From: Octopus vulgaris
Lineage: Eukaryota
Assembly: GCA_951406725.2 (NCBI GenBank)
Contig: OX597826.1
Location: 8,432,001 to 8,496,000 of the forward strand
Direction: 5' to 3'
DNA length: 64,000 nucleotides
A program made the translations under genes and the position numbers. The notes beneath the pieces are model-generated. The model did not search any database and was not told the DNA's origin. It was given only the letters and a program-made list of their open reading frames with translations. Positions 12,522 to 25,734 of the stretch are shown here, piece by piece; within the stretch, counting starts at the first letter, position 1, and every line of letters begins with the position of its first letter.

Positions 12522-12862
12522 GGTGCGGGGGGCAGAAAAGCAGAAGAAGGGGAGGAGGAGAAGCTGAAGACGTAGTAAGGTGAAAGCAAAGACATATGTA
12601 TATAAACGATTTCCCTTTCGTTGCTGAAAGAAAATAAAAACTAGTTTATACAAACTAATTAATTATAATATCTTATATGATAAAAACAATTGAGTACACA
12701 CTGACATACAGACACACACACACGCATACACACACACACACACACTCTCTCTCTATCACGCACACATACACGCCCGCACAGGCACACGCAAACATAGACA
12801 CATATAACAGAGAAGAATGATGCATACACACATCCACAAAAACATGGAAATATTGAAACACA

Positions 12863-12909
<47 letters not shown>

Positions 12910-13084
12910 AGACACACACACACACACACACAGAGGATTCCTGAATGCAAAGCATAAATAGAAATAAACACTGAAGTATTTGTATACACTCACACGCGTG
13001 CGTAAGTGCATATACACGCACACACTGTTATGAATAACACACATTCATACACATATAAAAACTATTATATTCTCATATGGAAAC

Positions 13085-13128
<44 letters not shown>

Positions 13129-13179
13129 CCTGCATACATAGAATAGATACATACATTAGAACATCTTCATACATGCATA

Positions 13180-13390
13180 CACTAATCCGTAGCCATACCG
13201 CGGTTCACCCACCTATCGCGCGTTCAGTACATCGCGGATTTTTCTGGCTAATATATGTGCATTTATATCGAGGAATCCTCTGTAAATCGCGGGTTTCTGC
13301 GGCCGATAGGTTTTTATATTTTTTTTAGGTTTTAATTATTTCTGTGGGAGTTTTTGGAACGTAAAAACCGCGATAGTTGAGGGGTTACTG
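13180..13390. mobile_element. Tigger/pogo-like MITE
   Basis: Ends cactaatccgtagccataccgcgg / ccgcgatagttgaggggttactg with TA flanks; related to 55530-55752 and 15383-15428. Confidence 0.75.
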
Positions 13391-14059
13391 TACACAGAAA
13401 AACTCAAACAGAAAAATTTTGAATATCTGCATACATGCAAAGACACGTACAGACATATACACACATTCAAGCACACTTATTCACATAGGAAACCCGTATG
13501 ACACATGTATATATTTACACATATACACATGAAAATTCAGACAGGTATTAAACACCATAAACACATGTAGACGTGGGCGTCAAATATCACCATAACATAA
13601 CCACACGGTTGCGCACGCAGACACACACGATCACAAACACACATAGACAGATACAAATACTGTAATACACGCGCTCTCAAACACGTGTAATTACACTTGG
13701 GCGTAGGTAAAGAACCATACACTTAAGCGAACATAACCATATGCTTCACTGACACACGTACACACAACCACATATACATACACTCAGAAATACTTGCACG
13801 CATGCGTACAGAAACATAAATACATATACAAATGCAAATACACCTCCCTCCAACCTTCTCTCTGTCCCTCTCCTCTTCCCGTCCCATCTCCCTCACTCTC
13901 TCTTCCTCTTGTAACCTCACTTCTCCTCACTCTCCCTCCTCTCTCTTCCTCTCCCTCTAACTCCCTTCCTCTGTATTCCTCCTCTCACTCTGTCACCTCT
14001 TCCTAATCCCCCCCCTATTTCCTTAGATGCATATACAATTTCTGTCAAAATTAAATATA

Positions 14060-14222
14060 GGCGTAGGTGTGGCTGTGTGGTAAGTAGCTTGCTTACTAGC
14101 CACATAGTTCCGGGTTCAGTCCCACTGCGTGGCACCTTGGGCAAGTGTCTTCTACTATAACCTCGGGCCGACCAAAGCCTTGTGAGTGGATTTGATAGAT
14201 GGAAACTGAAAGAAGCCCGTCG

Positions 14223-14257
<35 letters not shown>

Positions 14258-14378
14258 ATGTGACAACCGACGCTGGTGTGTTTACCTAGCGGTTCAGCAA
14301 AAGAGACGGATAGAATAAGTACTAGGCGTACAAAGAATAGGTCCTGGGGTCGATTTGCTCAACTAAAGGCGGTGCTCC
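14060..14378 (+). mobile_element. SINE family A (tRNA-derived head, internal (TA)n(TG)n), 3'-truncated
   Basis: A-box-like tggctgtgtggtaag, B-box-like gggttcagtccc and ccttgggcaagt core; at least 7 copies in the window. Confidence 0.9.
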
Positions 14379-14839
14379 TTTCATAAAGCCTCTGAATCTC
14401 GTGGGTAGTTGGAAGGAAATCTGCCTCAAATCTGAGACGCAACCCGAACGCTTACGACAAAGTCGATTCAGTTAACGATTACCAGATACGAAATTGTGTT
14501 GTTAAAACCAGGCAACGCATTAACTCTACCCAACCAAGTAGACCACAGCGGGATTCGAACTCTGAACGCAAATTGATAGACCAAATACTGAAATGCATCA
14601 GGTCGGACATGCCAACAGTTCCAACACTCCATCGCCCTGGATTAGTAATTCTTTGAGCATCAATTGCTCCACAGCACAATGTCTTCCTATATCTATCTTC
14701 CACTCATCCACAGAACTTCAAAAAACCCTGGGAAATCTATGATAATTGTATTCTTGATCAGCTTTAGTCTTGATGTTAGTTCCTCCTGCAGAGTGGGTTC
14801 CAAGACGTCTTTAGTAATCCTGACTTTGAGTATGATCGC

Positions 14840-15150
14840 CCGCTATTCCCAGGTAATGCCAAGCTGCTTCAGATCTTCCTTGAAGTTGGCGCAATTTGTC
14901 TTCTTGTGTCTATGTCTCTCTCTCTCTCTCTCTCTCTCGTAATTTGTCCCCTCTGGCATTGTATGTCGTATGTCGTCGTCCATTGTACAGCTGCCTCGAT
15001 GTTCGTCCTTCAAGCAGTCGAAAAACATGCCCTGAAAGTTTCACTCTTCTTTCCGGTACAATCTCGTGCAGGTTGCGCAGATTGACCCTTCTTAGGATTT
15101 CAGAGTTTATAATTCTGTCTTTGTAAGGTAATCATGAGCATTCTGAATCA
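14840..15150 (-). mobile_element. degraded RTE-clade LINE ORF C-terminus
   Basis: Reverse complement translates as DRIINSEILRR...RRVKLSGHVFR...EDLKQLGITWE, the typical RTE post-RT region. Confidence 0.65.
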
Positions 15151-15382
15151 ACCCTTTGATTAAGTCAACCCATAAACTCTTTCCAATATTGGCATTCAAT
15201 AGACATTTTCCAACAATTTTGAAGAGAGGGGTAGAAACCGCTCACATCCACTCCACTGTGAATGTATACATATGTCACACAGGTTTCCTATGTGAATAAG
15301 AGTGTTTGAATGTGTGTTGATGTCGGTATGTGTGTTTGCATGCATATATTCAAATTTTTCTGTGTATAAGTTTTTCTGTGTA

Positions 15383-15428
15383 CAGTAATCCCTCAACTAT
15401 CCCGGTGTTACATTCCAAAACCTCCCAC
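15383..15428. mobile_element. truncated end of Tigger-like MITE
   Basis: ta-cagtaatccctcaactatcccgg matches the terminal repeat at 55530. Confidence 0.6.
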
Positions 15429-15994
15429 ACGTGATGCTCACATCCACTCCACTGTTCAACTGGTACTCTTTTTTATCAACCCCGAAAGGATAAGAGGAAA
15501 ACTTGATTTTGGCAGAATTTGAACTCAGAACACCGAATACCACTAAGAATTTTATCCCACATTCAAATACCTCCGCCAATTCACCTCCAACCCCACCCCG
15601 ATTTATCCTCTTCTGACTCTTCTTCATATCATCTTTCTCCTCTTTGTGATAACTTATTTTGTTTTAAACTTTTTTTGCTTTGTTTTATGTCCTTTCTTTT
15701 TTATCCTTCTTGCTCATTTTTTTTGTTTTATTTGTGTGGTTTTTATCCCCTACAGTCTTTATTTTTATTCTTTTCTCCTTCTTTCGCGTGTTTTATTTCT
15801 TTTTTTTCTTTTCATTTTCCTTTTCAACGTTGTTTCTGTTTAATCGACGTAGTCCCCCCCCCCCACCTCTCCCTTGTCCTCTTTCTCTTTCATTCCCTCC
15901 TCCAATTCACCTCCTTAATATTTCTGCTTTTCTTTCATTATCTCTTTTAACTTCATCCTCATATTAAGCCGCCCACACCGCCGCCGTCGCCGCT

Positions 15995-16650
15995 GCCATC
16001 ATCACCGTCATCGTAGTCGTTATTGTCGTCATTACTTTCACCATCATAACATTATCATCGTCATCATCATCATCATCATCTTCATCGTCATCGTATCAGT
16101 CGGCATCGTTATCTTCATCCATGTATAAGCCAGTAGCAACAACAATAGTATGTTCACGTACGTTGTCATCATCATCTTCATCATCATCGTCATCATCATC
16201 ATCGTCATCATCATCATCATCATCATCGTCATCATCATCATCATCATCTTCATCATCATCGTCATCATCATCATCGTCATCATCATCATCATCATCATTA
16301 TCATCATCAACACCACCACCATCATCATCATCGTCATCGTCGTCATCATCATCATCATCATCATCATCATCAACAGCCCTACTACTACCACCACTACTAC
16401 TACCCAAGAACGTTTTCATTTTCGGATATCAACGTCGTATTTCACCCCTCCTTCTCATCCTCCTCATCCTCATCATCATCAAAATCAGCCTCCTCTTACT
16501 CATTCTTATACACCTCCCTTTTGTCATTTGTAACGTTACCAACACTATCATCATCATCATCATCATCATCGTCGTCGTCGTCGTCGTCTTCGTCGTCATC
16601 ATCATCATCATCATCATTAATATCAACATCATCACCATCAGGAGCAGCAG
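15995..16650. repeat. (CAT)n-rich microsatellite
   Basis: Direct reading. Confidence 0.95.
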
Positions 16651-18057
16651 CAGCATTACCAGAATTTCCATTGCTGTGATTATTCCAATGTCAACAGAAC
16701 CATCTTCTCTTTGCCAAACCACTGTCTACACAACACGCATGCGCGCGCACATACACACACATACACACACATACACACACATATACATATATTTACAAAT
16801 AAGCACACTCACGTATACTAACTCACACAAACAAACATATACTCACTCACACATACGCACATACATACCCAACGCACATAAGCACACAAACACACACACA
16901 TTCATTCGCACACACACACACACACTGCCATCCACGCATACGCACACACACGCACACACACACGCACACACACACACACACACACACTGTCATACGCACG
17001 TACACACAAAGAGTCTTATCTATACTCGGTGAAACACTACTGCTTCCTCTTCATCGCTACTCGATACTCGTGACAGAAAGAAGACTTGAAAGTATGGCTT
17101 CTTCTGTTGATCTTGAAGAAGCTCTAGAAATGTCGGCATAATTTCTAAAACGACACCAGCGATGCCACCACCGTCTTCAGCACCACCAGCCTCTCTGTTC
17201 GCACGCGTCTTATGTGTCTGATTCTGAGAAGCTACAAAGGTAAACACAGCTCCAACTAGCATTATCTCCGCAACGAATATTTGAAATCATGTTTCTCACT
17301 ATAACCACTATTAGAGCTCGCCTTAATAACGAAACTGTTTGTAATAATTCCTGTGTTTGTAATAATTCTGCGGCCAAATGGTTCGAATTATCGACTTATG
17401 ATCATAAAGACTGCGTTTTCAATTCCTAGACTTGGTAGTGCGTTGAATAAGAGACTTCGTTTCAGCTTATTTCATTGTTGTTAGTTGTAATGTGTGTTGA
17501 CTGCAGCCCTCTTCGTCCTGCAACTGTGACATCCTGTTTGTTTGATTTATAATCATAAAGATGATGGGTTCGGTTCTTGGACAGGGTAGGACGTTGAGCA
17601 AAAACACTTTATTGCATGTTGCTCCAGAATTATGAGCAGCGAAGAATCTTACTACAACCCTTTTTCTCTCCAGCTCTTATATCCTAAATGTGCCGCTGGA
17701 TCAAGTAGCGGAAGAGGTGAGAAGGTGCCTGTGTCTACTCGTGACTTCACAAGCACCTGAAACAGTTAGCAACAGCATGGTACATGTTACTAAACCATAC
17801 TTGTTCGTGAATGACGGGTGACTGCATTTCTGTTACTATAATTATCATTACATCCCTTCTCAATCAGCTTAGACCTGGGCTCCTGTGTTTAACCTTAGTC
17901 TCCACCTGGGCCCCCGAGCAAAAAAGCTAAATAGTTGCATAAGCAGCTCAAGAGTACTGATCGCAGACAAGCTAAGCAACAAAATCGGCTACATTTTTTT
18001 CCCTACGTCTGTTATTCATTACTAATTTAACGGGAATCCGTCAGAAATAACGATTAA

Positions 18058-18284
18058 GGCGGCGAGCTGGCAGAAACGTTAGCACGCCGGGCGAAATGCA
18101 TAGCAGTATTTCGTCTGCTGTTATGTTCTGAGTTCGAATTCCGCCGAGGTCAATTTTAACTTTCATCCTTTCGGGGTCGATAAATTAAGTACCAGTTACG
18201 CACTGGGTTCAATGTAGTCGACTTAATCCCTCTGTCCTTGTTTGTCTCCTCTGTGTTTAGCCCCTTGTGGGCAATAAAGAAATA
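18058..18284 (+). mobile_element. Meta-domain SINE family B monomer with target-site duplication
   Basis: Head ggcggcgagctggcagaaacgttag, B box gagttcgaattcc and Meta-like core; TSD agaaataacg(a/t)ttaa at 18043 and 18285. Confidence 0.9.
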
Positions 18285-18404
18285 AGAAATAACGTTTAAA
18301 CTATTTCGGCTTTACCGGGAATACAGTGTGACAGGGATAATAACAAAAATATTATTGTATTCATGTGATCCTCTCTCTTATTACATACACCCGAAAGAAG
18401 ACAA

Positions 18405-18845
18405 GAAGGCAGAATCGTTAGCATGCCAGATAAAATGCTAAAATTTCTTCCGGGCTTTTTACATTCTCAGCTCAAATTCCACCGAGGTCGACTTAGTCTT
18501 TCATTCTTTAGGGTTCGATAAAATCAGCACCAGTCGAGTACGGGATTGATATAATCGGCTAGCCCCTTCCCCATTGCCAAATCTTAGGCCTTGTGCCTCT
18601 GGTAGAATAAATAGACGCATGCATTGTAAAGGCAGTGATATGGTAAAGCTGCTTCAGCGTCAGGTAAATGTCTTGTGGTATTTGATTCGTCCCTTTACGT
18701 CCTGAACTCCGTGCAGCCAACATCAGCTTTGCCTTTTACTCCACCGGAGGTCATTAAAATAAAGTACCAGTCAAGTACTGAGGTCGTTCACATCGACCGA
18801 TTCCCACTCCACACAATTGCTGGTCTTCTGGCTAAAGTAGAAAAT
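18405..18845 (+). mobile_element. two older family B SINE copies
   Basis: Diverged ccgaggtcgact..tttcat..tcgataaaat..accagtc motifs. Confidence 0.7.
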
Positions 18846-18899
18846 GTTATTAAAACCACCCTTACAAAAGACCAGAGCAATCACAGTAATCGTTCATGC

Positions 18900-20335
18900 A
18901 ACTACAATTAGTATTATAGATACCCGTAACAGTCAGATTCCAAATGTAATTTACCGTCGACATTACAACACTCACTGCATCCACCCTTACTAACTTAACC
19001 GCTTTGTAATAACCCTTATTACTAACATCAATATTACAGGTACCCTTAATAAATAAACCATTAGTCTAATCACCCTTATTCCTGCAGCTACTATCAGAGC
19101 TACCCTTAATAAGAAAACTATTATTGTAATCAATGGTATCACTGCTAGAATATTATAGAAGCACTCAATGAACAAATACCATTAGTAATAAATCCGTCAG
19201 TAGAACAACCATCACATCTACTCTTAATTAGCAAACTATCACTGCAATCATCCATTTCGCTACGATCAGAATTACAGCCACCCTTAATAAACAGACTATG
19301 ATTGTAATTACCTTCGTCATTGCAACAGCTGCAATAGCCACCCTTAATAACCAAGCTATGACTGCAATCATCTTGTCACTGTAACAGTCATTACTACCAT
19401 CCTTAATAACCAATCTTTTATTGTAATATTCCTTTATATTGCATCGTTACAATCACCCGTTGTAAGTAAATTTATATATCATGATTATAATGTGTTATAA
19501 TTGCAACTATTATAGCCGCCTTTTACAACCGAACGTTCATTGTAGTCACTCATGTTGCTAGAATCAACAATGCAGCTACCCGTAATACCGAAATTATGTT
19601 TGTAGCTACCCCTGTTCCTCTAGGCACCCTTACACCAATGCTCGGTAAGTAAATTACAATTCATTTCACCCTTATCACTACTACTGCTGTCACAGCTACC
19701 CTTAATAACCAAAATTTCATGATAATCCATCCTATCACTTCACTTTCTTTACTCCACCTGATCAAAGAGACTGTAAATGGTTGGTAGTTTTAGTAGAAAT
19801 AGCAGCCAAATATTCCTCAAATTACAACTTGTCGTCTCATAAAATCACATCACATTGGATAATACAGTCCTAGGTACACTGTCAAGAAAAAAATAGTGAA
19901 TAGTAACGGCTGGAACCTGTTTGATGGTAGATTAGCTACAATAGAGCTTAACTGGGGTTAAATAAAAGCAACAACAACAGCGAAATCAATTTTATCCAGT
20001 TTCAATTACCAAGCTAAATTGAAATTACCATCATCACTACAACCACAAATAAAGCCACCTTTAATAAGAAAGCTACAACAGAAATCACCTTGATCACTTC
20101 AAATACCTTTAAATCCACTCTTAATAATTTTAATTATCCCTATCACTACAGCTCCCACTAATAACCAAACTACAATCGTAATCATCCCTGTTTGTACAGC
20201 CACCAATATAGTTACCCTTAATACCCAAACTGCATTTGCTGTCAATATTATTTCAGGAACAACGTTGCTATTACATTGACTGTAATCGTAATAGTTCTTA
20301 TCGTTACAACCATCATTACAGCCACCCGTAATAAT
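18900..20335. repeat. degenerate ~60-bp tandem array, interrupted at ~19750-19985
   Basis: (t/c)acccttaat-like motif at 19041, 19101, 19219, 19279, 19339, 19398, 19577, 19697, ~20056, ~20115, ~20213 and ~20323. Confidence 0.75.
19755..19980 (+). mobile_element. old interspersed repeat (SINE-like family C); related copies ~20575-20745, ~21150-21260, ~23000-23345 and ~24215-24440 (-)
   Basis: Shared tagcagccaaat..c.t.aa...acattggataat...tcc.aga/gtacact...ggctggaa motifs and a (CAA)n tail. Confidence 0.5.
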
Positions 20336-21554
20336 GAAATTATGGCTATTGTTGATAGCATTGCCTTCATTATGAGGGTTCTAACGATAGAATTTGATTT
20401 TCATTTGTCTCAAAATGATAATAATATGATCAATATTTCCAGACCATTATTTAGATAATTTGAGTATCATAGCAATCAGCATTACAATGATTTCATAATC
20501 ATTACGCCTTAAACTACGAATCAACCATCAAACTGGGAGTCAAATACAGAATCTTTACGTGTTCGTATGACACGTGAGAAACAGTTGCTAAACATCCCTT
20601 AAATCGTTCTTTACAGTGTTTAAAATGGGAAGGACATGATTAGTTCCAGATACACTACGACCAAAAATATCAGGTGATAGATGCAGCCGGAATACTTTTA
20701 ATGATCAATTCAGTTATGACCGTCCAGGCGCGCTAAACTCAACGCAAAAAAGAAATAACAAAGCTGGAATTTAGAGTTATGATAATTAGGATGCTTGCAG
20801 TAAACACAAACTATTCGAGACAGCGTTCAAGACAAAACATTTTAATCTATTATGCTGTCTTACTAGCGCTCTAACTGCGGAACACATCGTAAAATACGCC
20901 ATTACAATTTTGGCTGAAGGTATATTAAGATTACCATCAGAGAGACAAAGAGAAAAGGACGGGCTGAGATAGAGCAATCAATAACTCAAATAGAGAACTG
21001 ACTTACCAGTTTGACAGTTTGCAGAACTATGATACAATGGAATTTTCTCGTAAAACGACCAAAATCACATTGACTACCAAACTTTTCGATAGTGTCGACC
21101 ATTATAAGTATTTGGATGAAAAAAACTTGTTTATGTATGCCAGCGTCGAGGCCACTGATTGGTTGTTTGACATGCAAAACGTAGCAGCCAAATCACCCTG
21201 GAACTACGTCATACTATGTTCAAAGTGGAAAGGGACATGTATCTATCCAGTGTTGAATATACTATTGCTGGGATCATCACGGATTCAACGATAAATGCCT
21301 TTTTACTGTCCTGCAAAAAGAACTGTTTGATTATAGACGAACGATACATGAGAATAAAACTGAGATTCATATAAAGAAGCACGTCTTCGGACACGCTTTG
21401 ATCAAATATATCCGTAAATAGAAGTGACTTGGGTCTAAACACATATTTCATTGTAAAAAGTAAACACCAGTGTGGTTTATGACATTTTTAAATGAATAAA
21501 ATGTCAACTTTCAGTAGCCGAGCTTAAATATACTTTCACTATAACTAAGCTTAT

Positions 21555-21815
21555 GGAGGCGCGTGGCTTAGTGGTTAGGGTGTCTGCACCACGATCGTAA
21601 GATTGTGGTTTCGTTTCCTGGATAGGGCGACGCGTTGTGTTCTTGACCAAAACACTTCATTTCACGTTGCTCCAGTCCACTCAGCTGGCAAAGATGAGTA
21701 ACGCTGCGATCGACTGGCGTCCCATCCAGCTGGGGAACACATAGGCCATAGAAACCGGGAAACCGGGCCCATGAGCCTAGCTAGGCTTTAAAAGGGCGCA
21801 TTTATTTTTATTTTT
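21555..21815 (+). mobile_element. tRNA-derived SINE family D with 13-bp TSD
   Basis: A box tggcttagtggttagg, V-domain-like ctgcgatcgactggcgtcccatccag; TSD tataactaagctt at 21540-21552 and 21816-21828. Confidence 0.88.
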
Positions 21816-22524
21816 TATAACTAAGCTTTATAACAGTATCCCCACATCTAAAAAAAAAACCTAGATTTTGTAATTATTACATATATTTTCCTAAGCTGTG
21901 AAATCATTTCATAATTAATACATGCTTAGCTTGAATTATCCACGAGCATTCATTCGATGCACCGTCATCCTTACGTTTTGCTGCCTTGACAGAAGAAAAC
22001 ACAATGAAGAGTGATGCGCTTGACGTATGCGGAGCTAAAACTGCCTAAATAAACCATTTGAAGAATATCCAGCTACAGTTTCCAGCAGGTCGATTGACCA
22101 TGTTTACTCATACTTATTTCTTCCATTTGCAGTGTAGGGTACCTTGAACTTCTAAACATTGAAGTTGAATTTCTGAAATGCATTTTGTGTGACGCACAAC
22201 TCTTTTTTTTTCTTTGTCGCTTTTATTTTATTCATTTATTTTTTTTTTGTTTACGTTAATTATTTTTCTTTATATTTTCTTTCTTTTTTTTTTTCTGCAA
22301 CTCACTGTCAGGTAAAGAACTTCAATACAGATTATCGTTGATACACGCACTATCAGTAAATGCTGAGTTGAATTAGAAAGAAGTAGGCGAGAGATTTTAC
22401 GCTGAAATTGAATTTTATACATGCCTGATCAACAGGATCGTCGGCTTAACAACTGATTCAGAATCTTATACATACATACATACATACATACATGCATACA
22501 TACATGCATAAGATTATATGCATG

Positions 22525-22557
<33 letters not shown>

Positions 22558-22605
22558 CTATATATATATATGTCTATATATATACATATAATTACTTTAA
22601 TACAT

Positions 22606-22667
<62 letters not shown>

Positions 22668-22718
22668 TTATATATGTATGTATGCATGTATTTATGTATA
22701 TATATATATGCATATATG

Positions 22719-22752
<34 letters not shown>

Positions 22753-23439
22753 TGTATGTATGTATGTATGTATGTATGTATGTATGTATGTATGTATGTA
22801 TGTATGTATATTGAAGTAATTTCTTATAAGAATTTTATCGAATTACTTACACATCAGTACACTATTGATTTCTCAGAGAGAAGGGCTCAAATACCCGTGT
22901 TTATAAGGGTAGATATAGGAGACTGCGTGACATTTATACGTTCTGACAAAAACTAAATTGAAATGCATCCAAGCCAAGGGGAGAGACTCAACAGGATCGC
23001 TGAAATTGCTGGAAATAGCAACTAAAACTCCTTCAAAATCTCATTTTAAATCTTAACTAAAGTACGTTATCTCGTCTTTAAGTGTGAAATAAAGACCCCC
23101 AAACCTTATCGTAAAATTTTAAAAGCTGCTAGCAGTCAAATCTACTTAAAGTCTCATCTGAAAACTTAAAAGATTTAAAATCTGTTCTTTAGAAGCACAG
23201 ATATCAACGAAATGTCCTTCAAATCTTCTGTTAAAGTCTTAAACAAACAAGATAAATTGGAATTTTAGAAACTGATAAAGATATGGTCACAGCAGGACAG
23301 ATTTTGATTATAGGTTTTGCTTATGATGGTTCATCTGTGGCTAAGCATCAAATTATTGACAAATGGATAAATGGTAAACAGAAGAAATAGTAATGAACCC
23401 ATAAACAAGAGCAATTAGATCAAAAGTGAAATATCTACA

Positions 23440-23927
23440 TCTATATATATAAAACTCAACTTGTGTGTCTGTGCGTTTAACTTACCGGCACATCTCTTCC
23501 TAGCCAACAAATCGTAGAACCACCAAAAATGGGTCACTTAAATTTTAGGCGAATGAAAATTGAACGGCGCTATTTCTGTTCCGAAATTCATCTTGCAAGT
23601 GCAAAAATCGATAATGTGTTTGTTTAGGCCTTATCTCATGCATTGAATAGTGAACTTTACTCAGTCAGCTGTTTGACGTGAACTGTGTTCACCACGCGTG
23701 CAAGCATGCGTAAATTGCATGAAAAATAAAAAAAATCAAGATATAAAAACGAATCGCCGTAAACATTGTAGAAATTCGGCAAAGAAATGAATTTTCGGGA
23801 TGTAGCTTGGAGGGTTTTTTTCGTATTAATCGTTTGGACTTTGTGAACACATACCAATTGTTTTCATAACATTTTTAACGCTTTGAATTAAATGTGACCA
23901 TTTTGCAAAGCCGGGCAATACTGCTAG
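23440..23927 (+). mobile_element. probable non-autonomous Helitron
   Basis: 5' TCTATATATATAAAA, 3' gcaaagccgggcaatactgCTAG, inserted between A and T with no TSD; the subterminal hairpin is degenerate. Confidence 0.6.
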
Positions 23928-24720
23928 TTTGTGAATAAAAATTTATTTGCTAACAAGATTAAGTATGAAGCGGTGAAGGCTACTACGTGGCTTTTGGTTC
24001 AAATTGGCAGAGAGACCGGTGGTTTGTTGCAGTTGGGATGAAATCTGGAACTTGGTCAACCGCAACTGGCTCAGGTGAGCGACGGGTGTAATGTTCAAAG
24101 ATCGGATATCATCTAAGAGAGGTGCAAGCCAGAGCATACGTGAGATATTTCTTGGGGCCCCTCGATGGTGTTTACATTCAGAATAGCTCTGGTCGAGCAA
24201 CCCTATTATTAAAAGCAATCCAGTCGTGACACTCCCGTCTTATTTTCATGCCAGATATATTTGTGAGCGACGGGTGTAATGTTCAGAGACTGGATATCAT
24301 CTAAGAGCTCAGGTGCAAGCGAGAGCATAGGTGAGATATATGCCAGATATATTTGAGACCATATAGTTCAATGTATATTTCCTTTTAACTAAGATGGTGA
24401 ATGTGGTATGAGGAAGACTCAGAGGCTACATATTGCAGGATACGCTAAAACATAGGTGATTTTCATTGGTTCTATTACATCAACAAAGTCACAACTAGGC
24501 AAACTAAGGAGTGAACTCAGTCACTATGATTCCACAAACTTAAATAAAATTCACAAAGATACTAATTCAACTAATAATTGATAAGCAAATGTTTCTCCAT
24601 AAACCCAGATGCTCTCTTAAGGATTGTTTCTTGATCCCGGTTTCAAGGTTTTGAGACATATAAATTCTTCTGACATATCATGTTAATTATTTTCAATATT
24701 ATGAACAATATTATAAACAA

Positions 24721-25300
24721 GGCGGCAAGCTGGCAGATTCGTTAGCGCGCCGGGCAAAAAAGCTTAGCAGCATTCCGTCCGTCTTTACGTTCTAAGTTCA
24801 AGTTCCGCTTCCTTTCGTGCCTTCCTTTCGGGGCAACGATAAAATAAGTACCAGTTGAACACTGGGATCGCTTTGATAGACTTAGCCCCACCATCAAATT
24901 TTTTGAATTGGCACATTTGAAACTTATATTATAAACCATCATTAGAAGGCGGCGAGCTGGCAGAAACGTTAGCACGCCGGGCGAAATGCTTAGCGGTATT
25001 TCGTCTGCCACTACGTTTCGTCCTTTCGGGGTCGATTAAATAAGTACCAGTTACGCACTGGGGTCGATATAATCGACTTAATCCGTTTGTCTGTCCTTGT
25101 TTGTCCTCTCTGTGCTTAACGCCTTCTGAGTAGTAAAGAAATAGGTATTTCATTCGTTCTGACGCTCTGGGTTCAAAATCCGCCGAGGTCATTTTTGCCT
25201 TTCATCGTTTCGGGGTCGATAAAATAAGTACCAGTCGAGCACTGGGGGTTGAATTAATCGGCTTCCCTGAACTTGCTGGCCTCGTTCCAAAATATGAAAC
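24721..25300 (+). mobile_element. family B SINE monomer (24721-24925) and dimer (24948-25300)
   Basis: ggcggc(a/g)agctggcaga heads; dimer junction gtagtaaagaaataggtatttc at ~25130. Confidence 0.85.
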
Positions 25301-25734
25301 CAATATTTATTGTGTAGAACCTTCGTCGATCACTGTCCATTTTCATGTGCATGAGAGAGCATTTTTTGTTTCTTGTTTCGCTTTATTTTCGTGGGGCTTT
25401 TTTCTGGTTTTAGCAGTTGCCCGTGCATGCAAGCATCTGCCTCCAATGCAACCGATACTCATCCAAGAGGAAAGACATTGACTTGGAGCGAAACTTATTG
25501 GCACCAGAGTTGCTGCATGTGTTACTGTTGGGAGATTGAATGATGGGGACATATACCACAACATGGGATCTACCGAACAACTGTTTGTTTCGTCAATCTC
25601 CCACTTGAAAATGATGGGGAAAAATTGGCTTCGGAAAGATTTGAATTCGAGGCACAGAAAGTCACAAGAGATGCAGCAAGATATTCTATCCAATATTCTG
25701 ATGAATTCACCAATTTGCAAATTTAATATATAAC

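Noticed and set aside
17020-17290. Possible host exon
   Set aside because: No recognisable domain or convincing splice pair; only short frames.
18900-20335. CRISPR-like array (conserved word plus variable spacers)
   Set aside because: The intervening segments are homologous to each other, the repeat is short and non-palindromic, there are no cas genes and the context is eukaryotic.
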